A stretch of DNA of 64,000 bases from a virus (lineage: Duplodnaviria > Caudoviricetes). Within the stretch, counting starts at the first letter, position 1, and each line of letters starts with the position of its first letter. This document shows positions 41,191-51,112 of the stretch, in pieces. Position numbers and translations under genes: made by a program. The stretch is taken from IMG/VR virus record IMGVR_UViG_3300044641_005618. One strand, 5' to 3'. Below the pieces are notes generated by a model. That model was given only the letters and a program-made list of their open reading frames with translations. It made no database searches and was not told the origin of the DNA.

Positions 41191-41436
41191 CTAGTTAGGG
41201 ACTGGATTGTGTATTAGCCCAAAGACGTTCAAGGTTGTTCCAACTACGATGACAGCTACTACATCCCACTGCTTTTTCTTTACAAAAAATGGAAGGCTCA
41301 GAGTGCTCCCTGTAATCAGAATTAATAGGCCCACCTTGCGGTCCAAGAAAAGCAAAACAAATTGTCCAACTACCAACGCAATATTTCCAAGGATGCGGAG
41401 GTAAGTGAGTCTGGGGCAGACACGTGGGTATTTCAT
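41191..41436 (-). CDS. Small membrane protein
   Basis: Three hydrophobic segments. Confidence 0.6.
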   Translation of the reverse strand: MKYPRVCPRLTYLRILGNIALVVGQFVLLFLDRKVGLLILITGSTLSLPFFVKKKQWDVVAVIVVGTTLNVFGLIHNPVPN

Positions 41437-41467
41437 GGTCCGAAGGTGTGATCAGTAGTTATTCGTC

Positions 41468-42352
41468 CTACGAAACAACCTTGAGTGTTTCCAGAATCTT
41501 GCTCAACCGTGCTGGCTTCAAGTACGACTTGAACTCTAAACCCTCAAAGACTGCTTTTAAACTCTGTTCAGACGGCGGTGAAGAGGCGTACCACGACATG
41601 TCGGGGACGTCGTTCTCAAGAGTGACCAAGCGAAGGTTACTAAAGAATGTGGACGCAGCGGGAATAACCTTAGGGTGAAATGCTATACGATCAGCAAGGG
41701 ACAACTCTGAGTTTGTACCGCTGGTGTGGCACTCTTGGATTATCTTCACAGCGGTCTTAGGGCCAACGCCGGAGACACCTGATATGTTATCTGAGGAGTC
41801 CCCAGACAAAGCCTTGAAGAACTTGACGTCTGAGGGGGGAACACCGAAGTGCCCTTTAACACCCTCAATGTCAACCAGCTCCATCTTCTTAGCTGAGTTG
41901 AAAAGCAGCACCTTTACCCTGTCGTTGACAAGCTGAAGCAAGTCCTTGTCGCAAGTCAAAATGTGAACTTCACTATACCCGGGAGAGTTACGAGAAATAT
42001 GGGCTACAACATCGTCCGCCTCAAAACCCTGGGCACCCACTGGCGAAAAGCCAAGAGCTGGAAGGACGTCTTCAACCAGGAGGGAAAGGTCGGAGTAGTG
42101 CTCAACGCTGGCTTTTTCTCGGTTCGCCTTATAAGTACCAGATTCTTTCTTGCGAAAGTTCCCACCCTTATCGGTACAAGGAACTACGCAATCGTACTCG
42201 TACTGAGCCATTACGGCGAATAAGGCGTTGCAAAACCCATAAGTCCCAGTTACCGGTGCTCCATAGCTCGTAACCATTTCACCCATAGCTCGACAGAGAG
42301 CTGAGCGAGAGCGAAAGAATAGCGCGGATGTGTCTACGAGAAGCAGTTTCAT
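41468..42352 (-). CDS. 5'-3' exonuclease/flap endonuclease (Pol I N-terminal, T5 D15-like)
   Basis: LLVD, FRKKES..YKANR, EADDVV, DKDLLQL, LSGDSSDNISGV.GVGPKTA. Confidence 0.92.
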   Translation of the reverse strand: MKLLLVDTSALFFRSRSALCRAMGEMVTSYGAPVTGTYGFCNALFAVMAQYEYDCVVPCTDKGGNFRKKESGTYKANREKASVEHYSDLSLLVEDVLPALGFSPVGAQGFEADDVVAHISRNSPGYSEVHILTCDKDLLQLVNDRVKVLLFNSAKKMELVDIEGVKGHFGVPPSDVKFFKALSGDSSDNISGVSGVGPKTAVKIIQECHTSGTNSELSLADRIAFHPKVIPAASTFFSNLRLVTLENDVPDMSWYASSPPSEQSLKAVFEGLEFKSYLKPARLSKILETLKVVS

Positions 42353-42412
42353 TGTTTAGGTTCTGGTGTGGTTTTAGTGTCGGAACTTGGCTCTATACTA
42401 GTCCTTGTAAGG

Positions 42413-43207
42413 TTACCGTGAGAACTGGTGAAAAGTATTTTGAGTGACGTTGTAAGCGGTTAGGCGACCCTTCGTCTTAATAAACGCACCCGTATCTATA
42501 TTTACGCGTTGTCCCTTCACAACGGGACGGTGGTCCTGAGGTGGTTCCTCGAAGTTGGTTGGTGTGTGACCATGAACGACTTTCTTCAGCCGTGGGTTCC
42601 ACCCTTCGAACTCCGGCCCGTATTTTAGAAAAGGTTGTCGAATCCACAGGAGTGCCTCGCCTCTTCCATCGACAATGAGCTTTGCAGGGTCGTGACCAGG
42701 GTACACCCCTGCGTGAATGAAAAGGGTATCTCCAATTGTCATATACAAGGGTAGATTTCGAATCCACTCCTTATGTTCCCTCTCCATGTCACCCACTTGG
42801 TCATAGTTTCCGCCGTTTTGAATCCACAGGCCGTAACTACTTGGGTCGTCAAGGGCGTCAAGAAACATCCTCTCGTGGTTCCCCATCAGGGAATAAAAGG
42901 CTTGAAGCCCCCAACTTTCCGGATCGTCGAGGAGATTTTTCGTATGCTCCAAAACTTTCAGGTCGCCCCTACCACGATCAATCATGTCACCTAAAAGTAT
43001 GACGGTGGCTTGAGACCCTTTCACCCAATTCAGAAATTGTTCGAAAAGAGTCCAGGTCGCGTGAATGTCCCCCAGAGCAACTACGTCCCCCGGCTGTATT
43101 TTGTTGTCGTAAGTTATCATCTCGTCAGTATATAAAGTCAATACGGTGGAAGGGTTCGTTGGTGATATTCTTGAGGGAAGCTTGTAAGGAGGCGTGCATG
43201 CGCTCAA
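42413..43207 (-). CDS. Ser/Thr phosphatase-like metallophosphoesterase (true start probably MITYDN)
   Basis: GDIH, GDMIDRG, GNHE, FIHAG, VVHGHT, IDTG. Confidence 0.9.
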   Translation of the reverse strand: MSACTPPYKLPSRISPTNPSTVLTLYTDEMITYDNKIQPGDVVALGDIHATWTLFEQFLNWVKGSQATVILLGDMIDRGRGDLKVLEHTKNLLDDPESWGLQAFYSLMGNHERMFLDALDDPSSYGLWIQNGGNYDQVGDMEREHKEWIRNLPLYMTIGDTLFIHAGVYPGHDPAKLIVDGRGEALLWIRQPFLKYGPEFEGWNPRLKKVVHGHTPTNFEEPPQDHRPVVKGQRVNIDTGAFIKTKGRLTAYNVTQNTFHQFSR

Positions 43208-43589
43208 TCACCTCTTCTGGAACTTTACGGTCGCGAGAAGCATTCTGGCGTAGGCAAACGGCGAGCGGCTTTTCAATGACTACAGCAGTAACCTTGTCGT
43301 AGCCGTACGAGTTCAGCGTAGCAATTGCTTCCTTGCGGTAAGCTGCCTTGTAGTGGGTACCATCCATAACTATAGTCCGACCTACACTCTCCTCCAGAAT
43401 CTCCAGCATACGGTCGTGAATCTCGGTGTAGTTTCCCTGAATGTCGGCGTTCCCGTAGAGCTCGGCGCGGATTTCATCGCCGGAAAGTACAACGGCATCT
43501 GGGTGAAGCTCTAGTAGCTTAGCCACATGGGTTGACTTACCGGAGCCGGGGGCACCGACCATCACGTATGCTTCGAGGTTGTTTTCCAT
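43125..43589 (-). CDS. Polynucleotide kinase-like P-loop protein (AAA_33), leaderless start
   Basis: GAPGSGKST, SGDEIR, VMDGT, RNASRDRKVPEEVI-type lid. Confidence 0.85.
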   Translation of the reverse strand: MENNLEAYVMVGAPGSGKSTHVAKLLELHPDAVVLSGDEIRAELYGNADIQGNYTEIHDRMLEILEESVGRTIVMDGTHYKAAYRKEAIATLNSYGYDKVTAVVIEKPLAVCLRQNASRDRKVPEEVIERMHASLQASLKNITNEPFHRIDFIY

Positions 43590-43595
43590 ACTTGT

Positions 43596-43657
43596 ATTAT
43601 ACCGTTATTCCTCGTCAGGGCAAGGCGGGAAACCGCCCAAGGACAAGCGGTTTACCG
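43596..43657 (-). promoter_or_regulatory. Repeated promoter element, leaderless
   Basis: CGGTAAACC-N13-CGGTTTCCC..TTGCCC-N16-TATAAT-N6-ATG. Confidence 0.8.
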
Positions 43658-43839
43658 GCCGACTTTAGCTTTTGGTCTCAGACCGGAAAAAGTTATACTC
43701 TTCGACCCACTCATGAAGAGGGTCCTCATTCACAACGTCCCCACTGTTGTTCACATAGTCTTGAACCACCCACGCAATCTCTCCGAACTCCAGGTCGTTC
43801 CATGGCCATGACGCACCCACTTTGACGCCAGGGTAGCTC

Positions 43840-44343
43840 CTAAGCAGACACCTTAGCTTTTCTTTGAGCTTTTCTGAACTTTTCATTGTGCCTCAAGAGT
43901 GTTGCAAGTTTAAAAGCGTACCTGTTTCCCTGGAAAGGCGCAGGAGTTTTGCCTTGGTCTAAAACCTTTCTTAGTGCCGTGCTCGAACCACTTCGTTCGT
44001 TCTCGTGAAAAGAAACACCAAAGCAGTGCGAAAGTTGCAGTCCGAGTGAAGCTTGGTCAGACCCCAGAACGAGAACCACCTCGCTTGGCTTCCTGCTTTT
44101 TAGAACATCTGATAACCCCGCATAGGGATCGATGGCCTTTAGAAATGATACCCTACTTAGGTCGATACTTGCTTGGCGGCATAGCGTTCGCAGAAGTAAT
44201 ACCCGAAGGTCCCAGTCGTTGTTCTTTCTCCCCACGGACACATATACTTTAGCGGTCGAACCAAGGGTGAGCAACTTTTTAACTAGCTCAACATGGCCGG
44301 GGTGGCCTATGTTAAACCTCCCGAACGTTACAGCGGTTTTCAC
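43840..44343 (-). CDS. Cytidyltransferase-like nucleotidyltransferase (HxGH)
   Basis: TFGRFNIGHPGH, LVLGSDQ, SST. Confidence 0.75.
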   Translation of the reverse strand: MKTAVTFGRFNIGHPGHVELVKKLLTLGSTAKVYVSVGRKNNDWDLRVLLLRTLCRQASIDLSRVSFLKAIDPYAGLSDVLKSRKPSEVVLVLGSDQASLGLQLSHCFGVSFHENERSGSSTALRKVLDQGKTPAPFQGNRYAFKLATLLRHNEKFRKAQRKAKVSA

Positions 44344-44956
44344 AGTTGTTTTGGGTGTCAGTTGTTTTGGGTGTTTTCGGGACCGGTTGCCCTATCAGTT
44401 CGAGCAGGGGGGCTTCAGGGTCGTAGTGCACGTATCCCTTTCGAGATCCTTGCCACATTCGGCTAGGGTCCATGCTATGCTTGTCCGCCACCCCTTTCCC
44501 AGCTAACGCGGCAAGTGCTTTGATAAAGCCATGAGTTTCTTCGTAGGAAACATTTAGATTCACGTCAACTTTCCACAGGAGTCGGTAGGAGCTTTTTCCG
44601 GGGTGTTGGCCGTCAGAAAACGTTCGGTAGGCGAGCCAAGGCTTGTACCCTAGCTCAGTGTAAAGCTTGACCATTTTCCCAGGGTTAACCTCACACTTGT
44701 CAAAATCCACTCCAATGAGAGTTTGCGTATGCCAGCACAAACGCTGATACTGAAGTTCCATGAGGTCGAGTCCTTTGAACAGGCAACCGTAAAAGGTTGC
44801 ACCTTTCTCGGTAACTAGCTCAATGAAGGCCCCGTCACTGAGCGACTCCCAGGGCCTTTGAATCATGTAGTCCCGAAGCTTTCCGTACTCCTGAAGTGTT
44901 TCAGGTTTTTGTAGGCGCCCTCGGGGGTCAATTTGGCAGAGAATACTTTTCGGCAC
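44312..44956 (-). CDS. Possible primase-polymerase (AEP)-like domain protein
   Basis: GVDFD, YRTFS, YRLLW, DPSRMWQGS. Confidence 0.5.
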   Translation of the reverse strand: MPKSILCQIDPRGRLQKPETLQEYGKLRDYMIQRPWESLSDGAFIELVTEKGATFYGCLFKGLDLMELQYQRLCWHTQTLIGVDFDKCEVNPGKMVKLYTELGYKPWLAYRTFSDGQHPGKSSYRLLWKVDVNLNVSYEETHGFIKALAALAGKGVADKHSMDPSRMWQGSRKGYVHYDPEAPLLELIGQPVPKTPKTTDTQNNCENRCNVREV

Positions 44957-45186
44957 CTTTAACTCGTGAAGTTAGTCAGTTGAAGATGAATCTTTCGTTA
45001 TACTCAGCTTTTATGTCCTGAAACTTTGCCCTAACCTTCCTTTCTAAATCAACTTCAGGCACTCCGTAGATAATCGCAGGCCAAGACAGGTCATCAATTC
45101 TACCGTCTCCGCCACCATCCCAGTTTAAAAAGGCATGGTGAGCGACCTGTTCGACAAAAGAATTAAGTGGGAGAAGTTTTGGCATA

Positions 45187-45711
45187 CTAAACTTTGTTAA
45201 GGGGGCTAACGAGAAAGAACCAGCAGCCGTTGGCCATCCAAGAGTGCGTTTCCCTATCGTCAAAAACTAGCGCGTCCCCTGGCCTCATCAATGTCATTTT
45301 TCCGCCAGCGTAAAATTCGCCTTCAGATATGAGCTGGCTGCCGTAGGGAGCTTCGTCGTCAGGGGTGTGCCCCCCGAGAAAAACCAGGAGAGACAAACCA
45401 GTCATTTCGTAGTCTTCGTGCGAACCTACGGACCCTTTCCCGTACACAACCGTGGCGCCCTCGCGACGCATATTTTCAGTCGGGTCGGGAAACCTGTATT
45501 GCTGGTCCGCACGGTTCAGAAGCGTAAGAGCCTCGGGCAAAGTGGCGCGAAGCCAGTCTGGAACTGACCTAGATCCAACATCCCCCAGAGTCCACAACCG
45601 TGGGTCGGACCTACGTGTGCCCGCCGCATCTTCTGACACCGATCGTAGGAGTTTTTCAATAGTGAAATTAGGGACAGTAACCTTGCCGTCAATTTTGATG
45701 GCACGCTTCAT
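45187..45711 (-). CDS. 2OG-Fe(II) oxygenase/cupin-like protein
   Basis: VGSHED (HxD), GEF, PGDALVFD..THS. Confidence 0.6.
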   Translation of the reverse strand: MKRAIKIDGKVTVPNFTIEKLLRSVSEDAAGTRRSDPRLWTLGDVGSRSVPDWLRATLPEALTLLNRADQQYRFPDPTENMRREGATVVYGKGSVGSHEDYEMTGLSLLVFLGGHTPDDEAPYGSQLISEGEFYAGGKMTLMRPGDALVFDDRETHSWMANGCWFFLVSPLNKV

Positions 45712-45741
45712 ACTTGGAGAACTAAGCTCGCTTACACACCC

Positions 45742-45786
45742 ATTATAGCCCCCCTTGATCCAGGAAGGCAAGGGTGGAAACCGTCC
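45742..45786 (-). promoter_or_regulatory. Repeated promoter element (single clear box)
   Basis: GGACGGTTTCCA..TTGCCT-N18-TATAAT. Confidence 0.7.
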
Positions 45787-45969
45787 CTTTTCACAGGGTT
45801 TTAAGTATAGTCCGCAGAATCTGCGATTCTTGTTCTTGGAGCTCTACTCTCCTCTGCCTCAGTTTCCGCTTAGTTCGCCTCATCTCCCTAACTCGACTTT
45901 CCAAGGAAAGTGCACGCACCTCCGCTAAAGAGGATGCTTGCCTCAGAGGCAAAAGCCAGTCAGTCTCGT

Positions 45970-46311
45970 CTAGGAAGGGGAACATTCGTCCAGGCACAGA
46001 CCAACGTCAAGGTTAAGCTCGTCAAGAGCACTTTGAACTTCCGACCTTCCTGTGTTATCGTAAACCACACTTCCTTCACCCCCCGAGAAACCCTCAACAA
46101 ATTCGTCAAGGTCGTCAAGGTCTGTGTACTTTTCAATTAGGTCTGTGTACCCTGCGTTAAGCACGGCCTGAAAGAAGCCGTCGTCGTCAAGTTCATCAAT
46201 TGCCGCTTTTACGGAGAGGGAGTATACGCGGAGAACTTCGCTTATTGGTGCATTGTTAATAACTCGTGAAATCACTTCATTCACGAATTCCGGTTTGTCT
46301 TTAATTGTCAT
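45970..46311 (-). CDS. Acidic hypothetical protein ending EVQSALDELNLDVG
   Basis: ORF track. Confidence 0.6.
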   Translation of the reverse strand: MTIKDKPEFVNEVISRVINNAPISEVLRVYSLSVKAAIDELDDDGFFQAVLNAGYTDLIEKYTDLDDLDEFVEGFSGGEGSVVYDNTGRSEVQSALDELNLDVGLCLDECSPS

Positions 46312-46378
46312 TTTGAATGTGTATAACGGTTTCTTTAGCGCCGTTGAACCTCTGTAAGTTCAAAGAGGAAACCGTAAA

Positions 46379-46463
46379 CGGAAGAGGGGGGATTTGAACC
46401 CCCGGAGGTTTAACCCTCTACAGTGTTCGAAGCTGCTGCTTTCGGCCGCTCAGCCACTCTTCC
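46379..46463 (-). tRNA. trnS: tRNA-Ser(CGA)
   Basis: GGAAGAG/CTCTTCC acceptor, loop TTCGAAC, long variable arm, GGTTCAAATCC T-arm, G73. Confidence 0.9.
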
Positions 46464-46553
46464 TTGGTACCGCGATGGGCCACTCCTGTGTCATTCACCG
46501 GATATGGCCTGTGGGTGTGTTCTTTAACGAGTTTTCTAGGACTTGAAACTAAG

Positions 46554-46642
46554 TAGGCGTGTAGGGAGTCGAACCCTAACTAGCCGGTAATCTGCCGGAG
46601 AGGACTTTATAATGGTCCCTGTGCACCGTACACCACGCGCCC
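46554..46642 (-). tRNA. Atypical tRNA, Ile(TAT) or Tyr(ATA), with long variable arm
   Basis: GGGCGCG/CACGCCT acceptor, GGGAC-CATTATAAA-GTCCT anticodon arm with 9-nt loop, TAGGG-TTCGACT-CCCTA T-arm. Confidence 0.7.
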
Positions 46643-46683
46643 ATGAAAGGGAACCACCATACGAGATGGCCCCAAGGTGAGGC

Positions 46684-46848
46684 TCAGGCAGAGGGAGTTT
46701 GAACTCCGACCGCCAAGTCAAATTCGTCAAGGGCACTTTGAACTTCAGTGCCGGTGCTTGCCTCGCTGAGTCTTAGGAGGAGCTTTGCGCCGTCGGGGTT
46801 TTCGACGCCAATTCGTGCGGCACGATCAACTATAGAAAGATTTGCCAT
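46684..46848 (-). CDS. Small protein inside the tRNA cluster ending EVQSALDEFDLAVG
   Basis: 54 aa from ATG at 46848. Confidence 0.6.
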   Translation of the reverse strand: MANLSIVDRAARIGVENPDGAKLLLRLSEASTGTEVQSALDEFDLAVGVQTPSA

Positions 46849-46895
46849 TTTGTATTGTTGCTGTTGTTGTTTAGTGTGGCTGCAAAGGCAGCCGA

Positions 46896-46967
46896 CGCCC
46901 TGAGAGGGATTCGAACCCACGACCGGTGTCTTAGAAGGACAGTGCTCTTCCACTGAGCTACCAGGGC
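46896..46967 (-). tRNA. trnR: tRNA-Arg(TCT)
   Basis: GCCCTGG/TCAGGGC acceptor, loop CTTCTAA, GGTTCGAATCC. Confidence 0.92.
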
Positions 46968-47028
46968 TTTCACGTTTAGAATAGCGTTTCACAAGGGGAG
47001 TAAACCTTATCTGCAAGGCACCCTTGAC

Positions 47029-47385
47029 TTAAGCCCCCTCTCCCGCGTCATTGGACTCCCCTCTCACCCACTCAACCCAGTAGTCTCGCGGGCACCGCAT
47101 GTTTGCCATGGTTGTCTTAGCGGGAAGAAAGCATCCGCACTCGTCACAGGTTGAACTTTTTTCTTCAAAGGATCCGCACACATTGCTCTCACAAATTGAG
47201 AGTCGGTCCTTTGCCACTTGGCGAGGGGCAAACGACGGATCTTCCAGCATTCGTTTAGCTGTGTCAATCAATGATGCGCCGAAACTTCTGCGGCAACATT
47301 CTGGCTCTTTATTCGTTTGTTCCAACGTTGCTCTGCGAAAGGTCTGTACAGTGTAATTTACCCGGATCAGTCCGTAAAGGTGCAC
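47029..47385 (-). CDS. Cys-rich zinc-binding protein (DUF6171-like)
   Basis: RLSICE..C...CDECGCFLPAK...CP..W. Confidence 0.6.
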   Translation of the reverse strand: MHLYGLIRVNYTVQTFRRATLEQTNKEPECCRRSFGASLIDTAKRMLEDPSFAPRQVAKDRLSICESNVCGSFEEKSSTCDECGCFLPAKTTMANMRCPRDYWVEWVRGESNDAGEGA

Positions 47386-49313
47386 AAGACCGAGAGATGC
47401 TTGTACAAAATACTCTCATCGAAAAACCGGTACTCCGACGAAAACTCTTCTCTCTGCTGAAAGTGTTCGAGCTCTTTTAAGGTGGCCCTAACAACCGGGC
47501 AGTCTGAAACGTAATCCTTGTACCAGAAAGTGTTGAACTTTGGAATGTACTTCCACCTATCTCCGTGCGGAATCCAAACTTTTTCAAAGTTCGTTTCGTG
47601 TAGCGAGCACGGGTCGTTCCACGTATCGGGGTCTACAACACTTATCTGCTGCACGATATCTTTCGTATCGTCAAGGAACGCCTGAAAGTAAAAGTCGTCA
47701 GGTGAGATTTTCCAGGTTAGGTTGACAATAAGATAGGGGATGTCGGGAAAGTCCCCTGACTGCACCGAAACCTTCTCGGCCACCCTTAAGCTAGTGATTG
47801 CCGTTTTCATCTTCCTCCGAAATGTTTGAAACTTCCGGGGTTCCCCTCAAAAGAAGCGTCTCAAAGAATTCGACCACGTCTATGCGATTAGTCGTATCAA
47901 CTCCCGCCGTGCGACAGAACTCGATCGCTTCGTACTCAAAGGGGAAGAACGGGTTGGACAAGCCGAAAGATTTAAGTCTCTGCAGGAAACAGTCTCGGAT
48001 TGCGCCATAAAGGGGTGGGAAATCGGACTCGTTAAGTTCGACGGTGCGTTCAACTTTCGACGGTGCGTTATACGTGATTTTCATACTACTCAGTGGGGTG
48101 TACTGAATGGGAATTACGTTCAATAACTTGTTCCAGGAAAACAAGTGCTTGTTCGTCAGTGTCGAAGAAGTGGCCTGCTGCATTCGATCCGAGAAGCACC
48201 TCTCCCGCTTCTTTAGGTGTGAGAGTAAAAGCACCAACCCCTCCCATAACCTGCGCGAAGCCCGCCAGACAGTGAGTGGTCCCGCACGTGTGAAAACCTG
48301 CTTCGTTCGATGGTTCCTTCCAGAAGGACCAATCTTCGTAAGTTGTTCTGTCAGTGTCAAACCAGAGCTTGTGCCACCTCTCCATGTGGAGGTTTTTCCG
48401 GTCGCGCTCAACAATCCATAGTGCGACATAGAGGAGATTGGCTTCCTGTTGTTCGGGTGTCAACCCTCCCAAGTCTTCTACGTTTCTGTACGTGCACTCC
48501 TCAAAGGCGTCAAGGGCGAGTAGGAAATTCGCCGGGATATGCGGGAGCGGAGGGAGCCCTTGTGATGTGCACATCCGGTGAGCAACCCGAGTGGCTTCAG
48601 CTGGCGTCAGTGCTTCGGTGCAAGTTGCTGTGGTCATTGTTTCGTTCGAAAATACAGTAGTTTGTTTGGAAAAGGTGAACGGTGCGGGGTTTTCCTCGCC
48701 CAGCAAACCTAGGGGAAAGGCTTACGCGTTACAAAGTAAGTTGAGACCCCTTGGTCGTTGCAAATGTGGAGACTTAGGGTCCTCTCGGTTATGTACGGGT
48801 CTGCACGAACTGAGTTACTCACCAGCTTGCACTTTTCGGCTAAAACCTTCGCTTCTTCCCTCTCAATCTCAGCGTTGTGCTCTTCCGCTCTTCGGTAGCT
48901 CAAGTTAATTACCGCCACCACTAGAACTGCTAGCCCTAGCACAGTGACAATAGTCACTAAGCCAAGGATACCGCCAACATACGGGTTCTCAGTTTTCATA
49001 CTTCGTGAAATACCACTTCTGTTAACTCTAAGGACTGAAAATGATCGCGCAGCGCCGTTAGCGCTTCTTGCTTTGTATTAAAGAAAACGTCCGGGCCTGG
49101 GCAACCGTCTACGCCTTCATTAAAGAAGGTAAGGAACCACCACCATAAGAACTTGTGTTCGCAGTAGAACCGGCTAATCCTTTCACCGTTTTCGGTACGG
49201 ATTTCTTCTCGAATGCGGTACTTCATTGGGGTTGAGGGTCGGGGGGGATTGAGGGCTAGCCAACTAACTTTAGCGTGTTCACGGCAAGGGAGAGGGGGCG
49301 GAAAACCGCCCAT
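47367..49313 (-). other. Run of small hypothetical CDS including a CGTTHCLAG protein (48086-48706) and a TM protein (48709-48999)
   Basis: ORF track. Confidence 0.55.
49267..49311 (-). promoter_or_regulatory. Variant promoter element with palindromic box
   Basis: GGCGGTTTTCCGCC upstream of CGC-TAAAGT. Confidence 0.5.
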
Positions 49314-49364
49314 TCCCCTTGGTAAGATCTTGGGAGCGGGACCCTTGGGCCCGGTGCCCTAGGG

Positions 49365-50192
49365 CTAGACAGTAGCCATTTCAAGGGCTACTTCCATGGC
49401 CCGCTGGTTGATGGTTGCGCCTTGACCGAAGTTTGCGTAACCGAAGCGTCCGGTCTCGCTCTTTCGACTACGATTGGAACTAAAGTCCGTAACCGCATTC
49501 ATGGCATCGTAAAAGGTGCGACCTTCGTTACCAGCGCCGTTGTAAAACAAGTCGTTGAGAACGTTGACATTGCGCATTTTGTCCGCTTCTTTCTTGTAAG
49601 TCGCCTCAAGGAAGGCACGGAATTGGGCGGAAGTGCAAGTTGCCGAGGCGATGACTTCAACTCTTTTAGAATACATCTTCATGGCGCTATTCACAAAGTC
49701 GAGCACTGCGGTGCTCTCAAGAATGCGCTCGTTCACTCCGGAAGAGTGGCGGAATTTTTCTCCGATGTTAGAATAAGCCATCGAAAAGGTGTTTCCACAA
49801 ATTACGCGAGTGGCAACCGGGCCGATGGCTACGGATGCGTTCCCTGTGTGCCCATTCAGAAGTGTGATGTATGCGTTGTAATCTTCACCAATTACACGAA
49901 ACTCCTGGTTGATTTTCGCCTGGACGAACACCTTGGCCCCGTGAGCCAAGTATCCCATGTTTTCCACTGTCAGCAACCCCTCTTCAACCATGGGGTTGAC
50001 CATCTGTAGAATCTGTGCATTTTGCACCACCTCGTACCCGGTGGAAACATATCCGAGGCGTTCGTCGGTGTCGTCCCGGTGAATCGCTTTGCGGTCTGGA
50101 TCCGCAACCCAGACTCCCTGGGAGTTAAGCGATGCCGTGGGCCTTGGGGAAACAGACCAATTAAGGTTGTTGGTGATGGCGAAAGCGGGCAT
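49365..50192 (-). CDS. DUF932/DUF945 family phage-plasmid protein
   Basis: LGYVSTGYEVVQN, GAKVFVQAK, YITLLNGHTG, TRVICGNT, RHSS, NAVT. Confidence 0.85.
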   Translation of the reverse strand: MPAFAITNNLNWSVSPRPTASLNSQGVWVADPDRKAIHRDDTDERLGYVSTGYEVVQNAQILQMVNPMVEEGLLTVENMGYLAHGAKVFVQAKINQEFRVIGEDYNAYITLLNGHTGNASVAIGPVATRVICGNTFSMAYSNIGEKFRHSSGVNERILESTAVLDFVNSAMKMYSKRVEVIASATCTSAQFRAFLEATYKKEADKMRNVNVLNDLFYNGAGNEGRTFYDAMNAVTDFSSNRSRKSETGRFGYANFGQGATINQRAMEVALEMATV

Positions 50193-50222
50193 GGTTTGTG
50201 AGGGGTTGCTTGGACTGAAATA

Positions 50223-50266
50223 ACTATACCGCTTTCCTGTCGGAAAGGAAAGGGGGTAAACCGCCC
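50223..50266 (-). promoter_or_regulatory. Repeated promoter element
   Basis: GGCGGTTTACC..TTTCCT-N17-TATAGT; spacer CTTTCC-GACA-GGAAAG. Confidence 0.75.
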
Positions 50267-50501
50267 TTCCTCTGGAGCTAAGACCCGAACCTCAATCTCT
50301 TTCCCACAATTGGGAGCACCGTTGACTACACTTTAGCGGCCTGAGCGGGTAGCTCATTTTGGCCCTGAACGCATTTCTTTGTACTTCTTCTGCGTTCCTG
50401 CCTGTCACAACCATTTGAGTCTTGCACAATGCATCGTTGCCAGATAAAGCGGTGCAAAGCGCCAAGATCGCAATTGAAACTCTGTTCATTGTTCGTGTGA
50501 A

Positions 50502-50532
50502 AATGGAACCGGCGGGACTCAAACCTGAAACC
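50502..50532 (-). repeat. Degenerate copy of the tRNA-Lys 3' end (att-like)
   Basis: 27/31 identical to 51111-51141. Confidence 0.75.
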
Positions 50533-50555
50533 GAACCTTAGACACCCGAAGTACC

Positions 50556-51098
50556 TTAACTTGCGGGCTTTTCCGGCGAAGAGCCAAGTTCCTGGGATGC
50601 GGCTAGATAGTCTTCGATGGCTGCATGAAAGTTGGATTCAAATTCAGCTATCGTTTCGCCGTGAAACGAGATAATGTCGTCGATGTCTAGGACACGACCA
50701 ACAATAATCTTGTCTTCAGTATCGAAGACCATACTGGCTGTGTAGTCTTTGTAGGCCATGGAATTGATCATGGCTTTCCGCACCCAAGTAGAAGAATACG
50801 GTTCAATAAGCATGTACAAACCTTCCTCAAACTTCCCCGTAGAGAGAATGATTTGGAGGGCTGTTTGAGTTTGTTCGTGAAGTTGCCTGTACTCCTCTTC
50901 CTGTGACTCGGTCAATTCTTCTAGGTCTTCTCCAGTCAGAATTTCGTGTATGTCTCCGATAACCCAACTGTTGCCATACGGTCTTTTCGGGTCTATTTCC
51001 GGAGCACCGAATTCACAGTTGCTCCACCCAACGTGCATTCTTCTCAGCAGTTTCAGGTGGTTTTGAGTTAGGAGAAATGAGGTCTTGCTGTTAGTCAT
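50556..51098 (-). CDS. Phage hypothetical domain fused in frame to a HicB-like antitoxin N-terminal domain (from 50759)
   Basis: MAYKDYTASMVFD..DKIIVGRVLDIDDIISFHGETIAE....FHAAIEDYL. Confidence 0.75.
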   Translation of the reverse strand: MTNSKTSFLLTQNHLKLLRRMHVGWSNCEFGAPEIDPKRPYGNSWVIGDIHEILTGEDLEELTESQEEEYRQLHEQTQTALQIILSTGKFEEGLYMLIEPYSSTWVRKAMINSMAYKDYTASMVFDTEDKIIVGRVLDIDDIISFHGETIAEFESNFHAAIEDYLAASQELGSSPEKPAS

Positions 51099-51112
51099 AG
51101 TAAAAATGGGAA

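Noticed and set aside
46684-46715. GGAGTTCAAACTCC as the T-arm of another tRNA
   Set aside because: It lies in the coding 3' end of ORF 46684-46848 and has no matching acceptor or D-arm
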